Positions 52,303-63,358 are shown, counted from the first letter of the whole stretch. The stretch is 63,537 bases of DNA, filler included, from Octopus bimaculoides (GCF_001194135.2; 7 parts of 7 records of this genome joined end to end with filler, not necessarily neighbours in it), one strand, 5' to 3'. Numbers and translations: made by a program. The notes: generated by a model from the sequence alone, not told the origin.

Positions 52303-53273
52303 GCTGAGGACATGCATAGGCTTGAAAGAAATGAAGCCAGTATGCTTCACTGTATGTGCATGCTTGACAGAATGTAAGCATTTTGAGAGAAAAGTTAGAC
52401 AAAAGTGGCATCAGAAGTGGTGTTCAAGAGAGACGAATGCACTGGTATGGTCATGTGATGCATATGGACAAGGACAGCTGCGTAAAGAAGTCCTGATCCC
52501 TAACTGGTGGGAACTTGTGGTAGAGGTAGACCCAGGAAGACATAGGATGAGGTGGTGAAGCATGANNNNNNNNNNGTGGTAGAGGTAGACCCAGGAAGAC
52601 ATAGGATGAGGTGGTGAAGCATGACCTCCAAACTTCAGGCCTCACAGAGGCAATGACTAATGACCGAGACCTTTGGCGTAATGCTGTGTTTGAGAAGATC
52701 TGTCAAACCAAGTGAAATCACAGTCATGGCTGATACTGGTGTCACATAATCGGCACCCATGCAAGTGGCACATAAAAATCACCTTTCAAGCATTGAGCCT
52801 CACAGAGGCAAAGTGGTTGAGCTCCTTTCGAATGTTGGGCCTCACAGAGACAATGACCAAGATCTTTGGCATTATGTTGTGCTTGAGAAGAAGACCAAGT
52901 AAAATCACAGTCGTGGCAGATACTAGTTTCATACAAATGGCACCCATGCTGGTGGAATGTAAAAGCACCTTTTGAGCATTGGGCCTCACGGAAAGAATGA
53001 ACGAGTCCATTTGGCATTATGCTGTGCTTGTAAAGAAGATCCATCAAGCCAAGTAAAACCACAGTTGTGACAGATACAGGTGCCATGTAAATGGCACCTG
53101 TACCAGTAACACATTACACTCTTGGAGTGGTTGACATTAGGAAGGGCTTCTAGCCATAGAAACCATGCCAAAACAGACCGGAGTCAAGGTGCAGCCTTCC
53201 AGATTACCAGCCCTGGTCAAACTATCCAACCCATGCCAGCATGGACAATAGATGTTAAATTATGATGATGATG
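52303..53273 (+). mobile_element. RTE-clade LINE 3' end with a tandemly triplicated ORF-end/3'UTR unit and (GAT)n tail
   Basis: AEDMHRLERNEASML..GVQERRMHWYGHVMHMDKDSCVKK..GTCGRGRPRKT*DEVVKHDL..DRDLWRNAV (RTE WFGHV/GRGRPRKTW pattern). Ends GTTAAATTATGATGATGATGAT. Confidence 0.85.
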
Positions 53274-54041
53274 ATACACATACACACACACACACATATA
53301 TATATATATACACATACACGCACGCACACACACACACAAATATACAGNNNNNNNNNNNNNNNNNNNNNNNNNNNNNNNNNNNNNNNNNNNNNNNNNNNNN
53401 NNNNNNNNNNNNNNNNNNNNNNNNNNNNNNNNNNNNNNNNNNNNNNNNNNNNNNNNNNNNNNNNNNNNNNNNNNNNNNNNNNNNNNNNNNNNNNNNNNNN
53501 NNNNNNNNNNNNNNNNNNNNNNNNNNNNNNNNNNNNNNNNNNNNNNNNNNNNNNNNNNNNNNNNNNNNNNNNNNNNNNNNNNNNATTCCTGTTTATATGG
53601 TCTTTTATTTTTAGTGTTTTTGTGTAATTGAGAATTTGGTTTATTGATAAAATACTAGAAATATGCAGTGCTTTGTATTTTTTGTAATTTATTGAGAGCT
53701 GCTGAAAAGATCGTGGGCCTAAACAAGAAGAGTATAATCCATAATGAATGCAAAGTATTGTTTATGCAACTCATTTGTTCTTTTGTTTCTGTGGTACTGC
53801 AATAGCCATGAGTATTTTAGGTGTTTGTACTTCATTTTGCTTTCTTTACTTATTATGTGGAGATGCTCAGATCAATTTATCCATTATTTCTAGGGCACTA
53901 AGTTAAATTTGAAGAATATTTGGTACCTACTGAGAAGCTTCTTCATTGGCTTCAGAAACTTCATACTGAATGCCTGCTTAATATCCGACACAAAATTCTT
54001 ATTGTATACGTTTTGAGTATATATTGATGTATTTGTAATTA

Positions 54042-54047
54042 TTTATT
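54042..54047 (-). terminator. Candidate polyadenylation signal AATAAA for the glycosyltransferase gene
   Basis: Plus-strand TTTATT ~200 nt past the stop codon; the motif is common in AT-rich DNA. Confidence 0.3.
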
Positions 54048-54250
54048 AAATGAATCTCAAATATAAATACACTACAGGTTTGCCAGAGTACTAATGTTGA
54101 GCTGATGGAAACCAGCTTTCACAACACGAAACAAGTTTAAATACGCAGCAGAAAATTCTACAATCCAGGAAAATAATCTGTTAGAAGGAAACCAAAAATG
54201 AATACAATTGTGATGTTGAAACCAAAAAATATATTTAACCCTGATACAAA

Positions 54251-55409
54251 TTACACATACAACCCACGGTTAACTACTCTGTCAACTTGATTCATATTAC
54301 ATTTCATTGAATCATCTATAAACCAATGTCCAAATTTTTTGGCACGCTTTATCTTATTTGCATTTCCAACTATCCAGTTATTGTTAATAATAACAACATG
54401 TTTCTTCTTACGATCTTGTAATTTNNNNNNNNNNNNNNNNNNNNNNNNNNNNNNNNNNNNNNNNNNNNNNNNNNNNNNNNNNNNNNNNNNNNNNNNNNNN
54501 NNNNNNNNNNNNNNNNNNNNNNNNNNNNNNNNNNNNNNNNNNNNNNNNNNNNNNNNNNNNNNNNNNNNNNNNNNNNNNNNNNNNNNNNNNNNNNNNNNNN
54601 NNNNNNNNNNNNNNNNNNNNNNNNNNNNNNNNNNNNNNNNNNNNNNNNNNNNNNNNNNNNNNNNNNNNNNNNNNNNNNNNNNNNNNNNNNNNNNNNNNNN
54701 NNNNNNNNNNNNNNNNNNNNNNNNNNNNNNNNNNNNNNNNNNNNNNNNNNNNNNNNNNNNNNNNNNNNNNNNNNNNNNNNNNNNNNNNNNNNNNNNNNNN
54801 NNNNNNNNNNNNNNNNNNNNNNNNNNNNNNNNNNNNNNNNNNNNNNNNNATATCATTTTCCAATGCTATTTTCTTGCATTCATCAATAGGATTAGAAACC
54901 CAAAGACAGTCAACTTCAAATAAAAGAATTTCAATATTATTCTGCAATAAAGAATTTAAAATTTCTGTACGTTTCACCATTAGTTTTACATAACCAACTT
55001 TACTATAAGCTTGATTTCCATTTAGGGAAGCCTCAGGCAACACAACAACTTTGACATCAGGCCAATCTTTCTCAAATTTTTGTTTTGATATAGCATCTGT
55101 AGTAATAAAAAGAATTTGCTCATGGATACCCATATTAACTGTGTTACACAACCAACTATAGACAAGAGGTAAATAAGCATTGTTAATAAGAGTAAATAAA
55201 ACTAAATTATGTTTTTTCATGATATCTTTAGCAATTGCAACTGACTGGCTGATTACATCTTGAAGATTTTGAGGATATTTTTTTTGTTCACTTTTAAAAA
55301 TTCTAGATTTCAATTCATTTTTCTGGGTCATTTTTATCCCAATGAACACAAGTGTGCAAGCAAATATAGAAAAAAATAATAAACATAAATAACGTTTTAG
55401 ACGAAACAT
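54251..55409 (-). CDS. Nucleotide-diphospho-sugar transferase (PF03407/GT77-like; RGXT/MGP4 xylosyltransferase-like), type II membrane protein; middle hidden by a 425-N gap
   Basis: ATG at 55409: MFRLKRYLCLLFFSIFACTLVFIGIK (signal anchor); LFTLINNAYLPLVYSWLCN; ILFITTD; YVKLMVKRTEILNSLLQNNIEILLFEVDCLWVSNP (DxD-equivalent EVD). After the gap: VVIINNNWIVGNANKIKRAKKFGHWF..GLYV*, TAA at 54251-54253. Matches the family pattern (WxCN, LL..G..VL..D.D.VW..DP, HNNW..G..K..R....W). Confidence 0.85.
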
Positions 55410-55487
55410 TTTCACAATTATTGGTATTCCAGTATTCCAGTGTAGCTTGAAAGAGATATGTCCGGAAAACTTTGATGCTATTAAACA

Positions 55488-55520
55488 CTGCAAAAAAAAA
55501 NNNNNNNNNNAAAAAAAAAG
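55488..55520 (-). promoter_or_regulatory. Candidate 3' splice site of a 5'UTR intron of the glycosyltransferase gene
   Basis: Minus strand: T-rich tract then GCAG|TGTTT. Exon would start at 55487, 78 nt before the ATG. The ORF track's 'Met' at 55493 falls inside this tract. Confidence 0.55.
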
Positions 55521-55763
55521 AAAAAATCATATATAATATATATTTATATAAAGACAATAACAAGAATAAAGAGTAGCATATCTTAATTCAGGATTACATA
55601 TAGACTTTGGGATTTACTTATCACTGAGAATATCATCATGGATATGAATTCTATTTGGATTTAACATGTCTCCTCTTGTTCAACATAGTTAGCCAAGTTC
55701 AGATAGCACCTGAGTGCTTACAAGACATCTGCCTAGATTTATAAATCCCTATTACATGAAGAA

Positions 55764-56000
55764 GGTGATGGCTCAGTAGTTAGGGCATCAGGCTCGCAAT
55801 CATAAGGTAGTGAGTTCGATTCTTAGACTAGGCTGTCTGTTGTGTTCTTGAGCAAGACACTTTATTTCATGTTGCTCCANNNNNNNNNNTTGTGTTCTTG
55901 AGCAAGACACTTTATTTCATGTTGCTCCAGTTCACTGAGGAGTTGCGACATCACTGGTATCAAGCTGTAACAGCCTTTACCTTTCCCTCGGATAACATCA
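55764..56000 (+). mobile_element. tRNA-derived SINE family C
   Basis: A-box-like TGGCTCAGTAGTTAG, B-box-like GAGTTCGATTCT (55812-55823), then TGTGTTCTTGAGCAAGACACTTTATTTCA. Confidence 0.75.
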
Positions 56001-56092
56001 GTTATCATAAAAAATAGTTTCAGTCATTAGACTTTAGCCATGTNNNNNNNNNNNNNNNNNNNNNNNNNNNNNNNNNNNNNNNNNNNNNNNNN

Positions 56093-56330
56093 TTATATTA
56101 GACTCTTTTGCCGAACTGCTAAGTTGTTGTCAAGTAGTGAGGAGTGGAGGAGGGCAAAGACAGACAGAAAGACACACACGCACAGATATGCATCCACTGA
56201 CAAGGCTTTGGTTGGTCTGAGGTTATAGTAGAAGACGCTTGCCCAAGATACCATGCAGTGGGACTGNNNNNNNNNNGGGACTGAACCTGGAACCATGTGG
56301 TTGGGGAACAAGCTTCTTACCACACAGTCC
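56093..56330 (-). mobile_element. SINE family B copy
   Basis: TTTTGCCGAACTGCTAAG..ATCCACTGACAAGGCTTTGG..GGGACTGAACCTGGAACCATGTGGTTGGGGAACAAGCTTCTTACCACACAG. Confidence 0.85.
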
Positions 56331-56800
56331 CTTTCTCCTATATTCACCTACCACATGATTTTGTAGGCATTTACCTTTGATACTACAACATTTCAGTTCA
56401 CTTCNNNNNNNNNNTTCATCCACCTTAAAAAAAGTTATATAAGAAAGTCAATCTTTGGATTACTTATGTAGCAGAATCAGCTGTCCGAATTTTATATGCT
56501 AAAAAAAAGGTTTTTATAAAAGATGTATAATTCTCCGTTCTTTATTCTGTCNNNNNNNNNNTTTTTATAAAAGATGTATAATTCTCCGTTCTTTATTCTG
56601 TCTTTCTTATACATTCAGAAGCAAACTTAGGATTTACCACTTCAAAGAAGCGCAAAAACGATTGTTTGTTCTAAACGANNNNNNNNNNNNNNNNNNNNNN
56701 NNNNNNNNNNNNNNNNNNNNNNTTAATTAATTAANNNNNNNNNNNNNNNNNNNNNNNNNNNNNNNNNNNNNNNNNNNNATAATAATAATAATAATAATAA

Positions 56801-58030
56801 ATCCAACCTGAATGCCAAAAATTTGATTACCGCAATGAATATCTGGGCAGTTGCGGTGGTCAGATATAGTGCGTCCATCCTCAAATGGACTAAGGAGGAA
56901 ATATCAACACTAGATAGAAGGACGAGAAAGTTGATGATGCTGAATGGGGCGCTACACCCTAAAGCAAACGTAAACAGACTGTGTATGAAAAGAAAGAATG
57001 GTGGCAGAGGACTAATTAGTATAGACCATCATATAAGGAGTGAAAGGAGAACGCTTGCCGAGTGGTTGATAAATAGTGATAAAGCCTGCTGCAATATGCC
57101 GCGAAAGATATGGGTGTAAATGCAGATGAAATGATGGGCAAGGACTAGTTTAACCAAAGCGCTGAGAAGAGAAAAGACCTTGAAATGAGAATGCATGGAC
57201 AGTTTGAAAGAAATACACAAGACGCTAAGGATGATATTGCATCGTGGGCAAGGCTTAAGCGTGGTGATTTGAAGTGTACCACCGAAAGCCTGATCATTGC
57301 TGTACAAGACCAGGCTCTACCAATTCAGTGAAGTATAACAGCTATAAAACTTCTGACACCCAGAAAGGCAGACTCTGTGGAAAGAGTGTGGAAAATGTGA
57401 CCCACTTGTTAAGTGGATGTGAGAGCCTTGCACAAAAAGAATACAAGCGTTGCCACGATAAAATTTGTGCGTATCTTCATTGGCTCTTATGCCGTAAATA
57501 CCAATATGGAGTAACAGAGAAATGGTATGAGCATGTACCAAGTAAAGTTATGCAGGAGGATGGAAAAGTAACGATACTCTGAGACTATGATCTTCAGACG
57601 GATCGTGCAATCGAACACCGTCGGCGGGATAATGTCACATGTAAGAGAGACAAATACTGTCAGATCATTGATGTAGCCATACCAAATGACATTAATGTTG
57701 TGAGAGAAGAGGTTGAAAAAATCACCAAGTACTCCGAATTGAAAGTGGAAATGGCAAGACTGTATGGAATGCGAGAGGGTAATGTAAAAGTGATACCAGT
57801 GGTGATCGGAGCGTTGGGCTCAATCCCATTGAAACTTCAAGATTTCTTAAGGCAACTGGAAATACTATGCAAGAGTGATGTCTTGCAAAAAGCAGCCTTA
57901 TTGGGCACAGCGCACATTTTAAGTAAAGTATTATCTGTCTGAGGTCCTTGTTGTGATTTGACAGATGACTAAAGACTCCGGTGCTTTTCTACCCACACTG
58001 TGTTACGAAGGAATAATAACAATAATCTTT
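56801..58030 (+). mobile_element. 5'-truncated R4/Dong-clade LINE (RT thumb, CCHC knuckle, REL endonuclease, 3'UTR), frameshifted
   Basis: NLITAMNIWAVAVVRYS..RLCMKRKNGGRGLISI; RLCGKSVENVTHLLSGC..EYKRCHD; QIIDVAIPND..EKITKYSELKVE..IPVVIGALG..LQKAALLGTAHILSKVLSV* (stop ends 57942). (AAT)n at 56779-56800 and AATAATAAC tail at ~58011. Confidence 0.92.
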
Positions 58031-58293
58031 TCTNNNNNNNNNNNNNNNNNNNNNNNNNNNNNNNNNNNNNNNNNNNNNNNNNNNNNNNNNNNNNNNNNNN
58101 NNNNNNNNNNNNNNNNNNNNNNNNNNNNNNNNNNNNNNNNNNNNNNNNNNNNNNNNNNNNNNNNNNNNNNNNNNNNNNNNNNNNNNNNNNNNNNNNNNNN
58201 NNNNNNNNNNNNNNNNNNNNNNNNNNNNNNNNNNNNNNNNNNNNNNNNNNNNNNNTTCGTCCAGCGTGCTAACGATTCAACCAGCTCGCTGCC

Positions 58294-58294
<1 letters not shown>

Positions 58295-58349
<55 letters not shown>

Positions 58350-58367
58350 GATGATGATGATGATGAT

Positions 58368-58402
<35 letters not shown>

Positions 58403-58424
58403 TGATGATGATGATGATGATGAT
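58295..58424. repeat. Compound (AAT)n(GAT)n(GAC)n(GAT)n microsatellite
   Basis: Read directly; preceded by a minus-strand SINE A head at 58257-58294. Confidence 0.95.
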
Positions 58425-58430
58425 AAATTG

Positions 58431-59005
58431 TACTAGGCAGTAACTATGCCCTGATGCAGTACCAGGCAGTGGCTCTCATGGCTTCTGATCTTAACTGATT
58501 GGAAGTGTTATCATGTACATTATTTTGTTTTGGTATAAAAGATGGGCTACAGCAAATATTCTGCTCAATACCACAGATTTGCTTATCAGTTGTTTGACCT
58601 TAACCGGTTGAGCGTGTCCATTAGTGGCTAATGATATGTGCCTCTCTGATCACGAGCAGAAGTAGTCGGGGAGTATCGTAGTCATGTGTTGAGAGGAATT
58701 CTTTGAGGTTTGGATAATTCACCTTTGGAAATATGGCTGTTTCGTTCAACATCCTTAAACAACTCTTATTCATGGGCCTTTTGAGTGGGATGGGCTACTC
58801 GACCCGAAGAAAATTCTAACTGGACCCCACCTGCAAGGTCATGCGCTGTTTATCTTGATATGAGATCACCATGTCACGCACACAGGGTTGTGATGTATGT
58901 GCTTAGTGTACCATAAGCAGACGGGTAATCATGATGCGTATCCTGAGCTTCGTATATTTTACCCCGGTGTCACTTTGATGGCATGCACTGCTCTCTCACT
59001 CACTC
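58431..59005. mobile_element. Unclassified ~575-bp non-coding interspersed element between microsatellite arrays
   Basis: GC-richer block without a long ORF, bounded by (GAT)n on the left and (AAT)n (59006-59029) on the right. Only one copy in the window, so repeat status is inferred. Confidence 0.45.
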
Positions 59006-59029
59006 AATAATAATAATAATAATAATAAT

Positions 59030-59388
59030 CCTTTCTATTATAAGCACAAGGCCTGAAATTTGGGGGAGGAGGATAGTCGATTATATCGACTCTAGTCCTC
59101 AACTGGTACTTAATTTGGCATCACTTAAATACAGAGATCCGGATGCATCTGCGTAACGATGTTTTTACAGTACACACTCGTTAGGGGTTAGGGTTAAGGT
59201 TAGTTCTAGGGTTGGTTAGGGTTAGTTTTAGGGTTAGATGCGTCGGGACCTCTATATTTAAGTAGTACCCTTAATTTATTGACACCAAAAAGATGACAGG
59301 TAAAGTCGACCTCGGCGGATGTTGAACTCAGAACGTACCGCTAAGCATTTCGTCCACCGTGCAAACGATTCTACCAGCTCGCCGCCTT
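59030..59388 (-). mobile_element. SINE family A copy interrupted by a MITE
   Basis: CCTTTCTATTATAAGCACAAGGCCTGAAATTT..CTGGTACTTAATTT[insert]ATTGAC..GGTAAAGTCGACCTCGGCGG..CCAGCTCGCCGCCTT; (AAT)n on both sides. Confidence 0.88.
59117..59269. mobile_element. 153-bp Merlin-like MITE containing TTAGGG repeats
   Basis: 34-bp TIRs, 27/34 identical, GG..CC termini. Perfect 8-bp TSD CTTAATTT (59109-59116, 59270-59277); removing the insert and one TSD copy restores the SINE core. Confidence 0.88.
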
Positions 59389-59404
59389 AATAATAATAAT
59401 AATT

Positions 59405-60097
59405 AATTCGTTTTATTGGCCACAAGGGCTAATATCAATGAAAAACATATAAGAACAAAGACAGGACGAAGGTTACAAAAGGTTTTGTCCGAAAAGGTAG
59501 GAAAGTTCATCTAAACAGAGGAAGAAAACGGAGAAAGATATAATAAATAAATAGATAAATAAATAAATAAATAAATAAGTAGAACTCCCAAAGGGGGAGG
59601 CGCTTCGAAAAAGGAAAGGTTACACGTGGAAAAACCCATAAAACCACGGGAGCCTGGTCAGAAAAAAGTAAGANNNNNNNNNNNNNNNNNNNNNNNNNNN
59701 NNNNNNNNNNNNNNNNNTTAATTAATTAANNNNNNNNNNNNNNNNNNNNNNNNNNNNNNNNNNNNNNNNNNNNTCCGTCGTCCATCCTACCGTTTGTCCC
59801 GAACAATTGAGCAAAGTGCTGCTGAAAGGCCGAACACATCTGCTTCGGTCCCGAAATCTCGCAGTCGTTCTGGTCCACCAAAGACCGAATGGTCGCTCTG
59901 TTGCCACGCTTCGCCTCAACTACGCGGGCCCATCGAGCGGCCTTAGTCCCCTCCCCGCTTACCGAAAGTGCTTTAGCTCTGACAACGCAGCCTTCATGCT
60001 TGGCATCAAAGTGTTGGTCGAGGGCCAACTTCGCTGCTAACACGTCGGTTGCGATGCCTGTCCCAAGAGCCTCGTCTAGTTTGTTAACTAAATCCCG
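59405..60097 (-). mobile_element. L1/Tx1-type LINE pieces (ORF2 EN-RT linker at 59774-60097; 3'UTR at 59405-59673) on either side of a scaffold linker
   Basis: KHEGCVVRAKALSVSGEGTKAARWARVVEAKRGNRATIRSL..MCSAFQQHFAQLF resembles L1 RAK..EGEK..I..L..FY..LY. The 3' terminus GTGGCCAATAAAA resembles that of the 17075 element. Confidence 0.7.
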
Positions 60098-60811
60098 AAT
60101 AATAATAATATAAATATAGATGTTTGCGCGCACGCACACACAAACACACACATGTAATAGCTTATTTTGTAGGACTATGTTCTTGATTACACTAAACATG
60201 CACTAAATTACCGACTCAATTCTGACTCTAGAATCAAATTGATATTTAGCATTGTTTTGAGAAGTCAGCGTCAGTGAAACGTCGAAGTAAGAAGTCACAA
60301 AAGGTTGTCTATTACATATACATGTGTGGCGGGTATAAGTGGTCTTTGTAGGGACAAATAAGTAGAACAATCAATACATAGATATGAATAGATAAGTATG
60401 AGATGTTTTCTTCCACAATGAATAACGCTTCAGGTAATGTACATAGTCAAGAGCCTACCAACGCAATTATACATAGGATTTTCTTTTTTTTTTACTTTTC
60501 GTTCTTGCCACACATATACAAACTCTTACAGTAGGCTTACGTACAGGCAATTACGAACATACTTTTAGCAGAACATATCGAATGTACCATTATAAAATAT
60601 GGTATATTCGCATTCCAGCAACAACAAAAACAAAACCAAATACTGGGATAAATGTAAATGTTTTGACTTATTTATCAATCGAGCCCTCGATACTTGACCG
60701 GAGATCCCATGTGAGAGTGAAGGAAATGGGGAAAGAGAGAAAAGGGAGGGAGGACAGAAGGAAGGAATATTAAATAATCTTCATTCTCCAAGCTCGCATA
60801 TACATGTATAT

Positions 60812-60860
<49 letters not shown>

Positions 60861-62944
60861 NNNNNNNNNNNNNNNNNNNNNNNNNNNNNNNNNNNNNNNN
60901 NNNNNNNNNNNNNNNNNNNNNNNNNNNNNNNNNNNNNNNNNNNNNNNNNNNNNNNNNNNNNNNNNNNNNNNNNNNNNNNNNNNNNNNNNNNNNNNNNNNN
61001 NNNNNNNNNNNNNNNNNNNNNNNNNNNNNNNNNNNNNNNNNNNNNNNNNNNNNNNNNNNNNNNNNNNNNNNNNNNNNNNNNNNNNNNNNNNNNNNNNNNN
61101 NNNNNNNNNNNNNNNNNNNNNNNNNNNNNNNNNNNNNNNNNNNNNNNNNNNNNNNNNNNNNNNNNNNNNNNNNNNNNNNNNNNNNNNNNNNNNNNNNNNN
61201 NNNNNNNNNNNNNNNNNNNNNNNNNNNNNNNNNNNNNNNNNNNNNNNNNNNNNNNNNNNNNNNNNNNNNNNNNNNNNNNNNNNNNNNNNNNNNNNNNNNN
61301 NNNNNNNNNNNNNNNNNNNNNNNNNNNNNNNNNNNNNNNNNNNNNNNNNNNNNNNNNNNNNNNNNNNNNNNNNNNNNNNNNNNNNNNNNNNNNNNNNNNN
61401 NNNNNNNNNNNNNNNNNNNNNNNNNNNNNNNNNNNNNNNNNNNNNNNNNNNNNNNNNNNNNNNNNNNNNNNNNNNNNNNNNNNNNNNNNNNNNNNNNNNN
61501 NNNNNNNNNNNNNNNNNNNNNNNNNNNNNNNNNNNNNNNNNNNNNNNNNNNNNNNNNNNNNNNNNNNNNNNNNNNNNNNNNNNNNNNNNNNNNNNNNNNN
61601 NNNNNNNNNNNNNNNNNNNNNNNNNNNNNNNNNNNNNNNNNNNNNNNNNNNNNNNNNNNNNNNNNNNNNNNNNTATATATATATATATATTACGGACACC
61701 AGACATAACTAACGTATTGTATTCATAGCCTTAGATTGAATTAGTTAGGATTTCATCATAGCTAAAAATAGATTGACAGCTCCCATAGTGAAAACCTTAA
61801 ATTGGCGCCCTTTTTGTAAATTAGCAGCAGGATTTCACCATAGCTAAAAATAGATCATCTTCCTCGCTGGTGACTATGAATACAGCACAGGGAACAGTAG
61901 ATAGGCAGTCTGACCTTGATTTCCGACACGCACTTACGAACAGAGGTTTTAACTGCTATCAACCAGGCTGAACCAACTACATGCTTTCTCCGCATATAAC
62001 TCGTAGCTAGTTATACACCATTGTAATATAGTGATATATTTCGATTTCCGTTCAACACAGTTATACTCCGATTACCGAGTCTCTGCAGTTTATTCAAATC
62101 AAACAGACCAACTCACTACGACAGGACACATATCCACTACATATATATACATATATGCATGTATGTGTGTATGTATGTATATATATANNNNNNNNNNNNN
62201 NNNNNNNNNNNNNNNNNNNNNNNNNNNNNNNTTAATTAATTAANNNNNNNNNNNNNNNNNNNNNNNNNNNNNNNNNNNNNNNNNNNNAAAATATCTAGAA
62301 CTACATTCTCTGAGATGTAGTAATATATATCCTTCCTTCCTTCTTTCTTATTTTTAAGACGACTGAGTATGATTTGAGAAGCTCTGGCTGCTATATCTAG
62401 TAACGCCAAGCTACTACATTGAGTCTGTCATGTCACTGAGAGTGCGCGCGCGCGTTTGAAGTAAAGTCTCTTGTTTTTCCTGTTATTTGTGTCCAAGCCT
62501 TGTTATTTAAATATCAATAAAAGTTCATTTGAACATAAACACCTTTCTTAATAATATTCACTGACAGGAAAAAAAAAACAAAAACAAACCAACCCAAAAC
62601 AAATACAAAAGGGAAAAAGAAAACACTATTTCATTTAACATTGCTCAGCAATTAATTAAAAGTTCAATTAATTAAACATAATGTAACTGGGGAATAATTA
62701 GCGAGGGTGTGGGAGAAAGACTTATAGCCATTGTATTACGATCGATGATGCATATTATTATTATTATTATTATTTGATATGTCTGTTTGAACAAACAGGA
62801 AATCTCACAAAAGCCCACCCTTGGCAACCGGTGACTTTTGTGTAATGTTAATTATTCCTGAATATGTGCATATATGTTTAATGTATACATTACACGCACA
62901 TGTTAGTCCCTAATGTGCTTATCGAACGGCAGGTAGTACCCGTT

Positions 62945-63030
62945 AGGCATGGCTGTGTGGTAAGAAGCTTGCTTCTCAAACATAGCTTTGAGTTCAGTCC
63001 CACTGTGGGTCACCTTGGGCAAGTGTCTTC
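62945..63030 (+). mobile_element. SINE family B head only, running into (TC)n
   Basis: AGGCATGGCTGTGTGGTAAGAAGCTTGCTT..GAGTTCAGTCCCACTG..CACCTTGGGCAAGTGTCTTCT. Confidence 0.8.
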
Positions 63031-63358
63031 TCTCTCTCTCTCTCTCAATTAATATCAATTAATGAATGACAAAAGAACAGGAGTTACGAAATCACTTTCA
63101 TTAGCTTACACCTTTAAGAAGCAATGAACTTAAAATTGGGCGCTTGCGTGACAACCTGTAATATCTTTGATTCCGTGTGTATTGCTTCTGATAGCGGAAA
63201 CAGCTGTGAACTAATAAAACTGATGACGTAACTTCTGTTCTTATGTCATGGATCGATATTAAGCTTTGACACTTTATTCTAAAGGGAATGTTGACTGAGT
63301 TCTCACAACTGGTTCTTAGTATCGCTATGTCAAAGTGAAATCAATACGCGCACACACA

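Noticed and set aside
52517-52625. Direct repeats flanking 10-N gaps (also near 55880, 56266, 56552)
   Set aside because: Identical sequence on both sides of a fixed 10-N gap indicates unmerged contig overlap, not tandem duplication.
55410-55493. N-terminal 28-aa extension in the ORF track (start 55493)
   Set aside because: The start falls in a polypyrimidine/acceptor tract and is not ATG; Met at 55409 directly precedes the signal anchor.
61747-61855. 27-bp direct repeat AGGATTTCA(T/C)CATAGCTAAAAATAGAT about 80 bp apart
   Set aside because: Only two copies and no associated structure; probably an ordinary local duplication.
63130-63240. CpG-richer patch with CRE-like TGACGTAA and GCGGAAAC as a possible promoter of the glycosyltransferase
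   Set aside because: Short motifs only, and separated from the gene by three artificial linkers.
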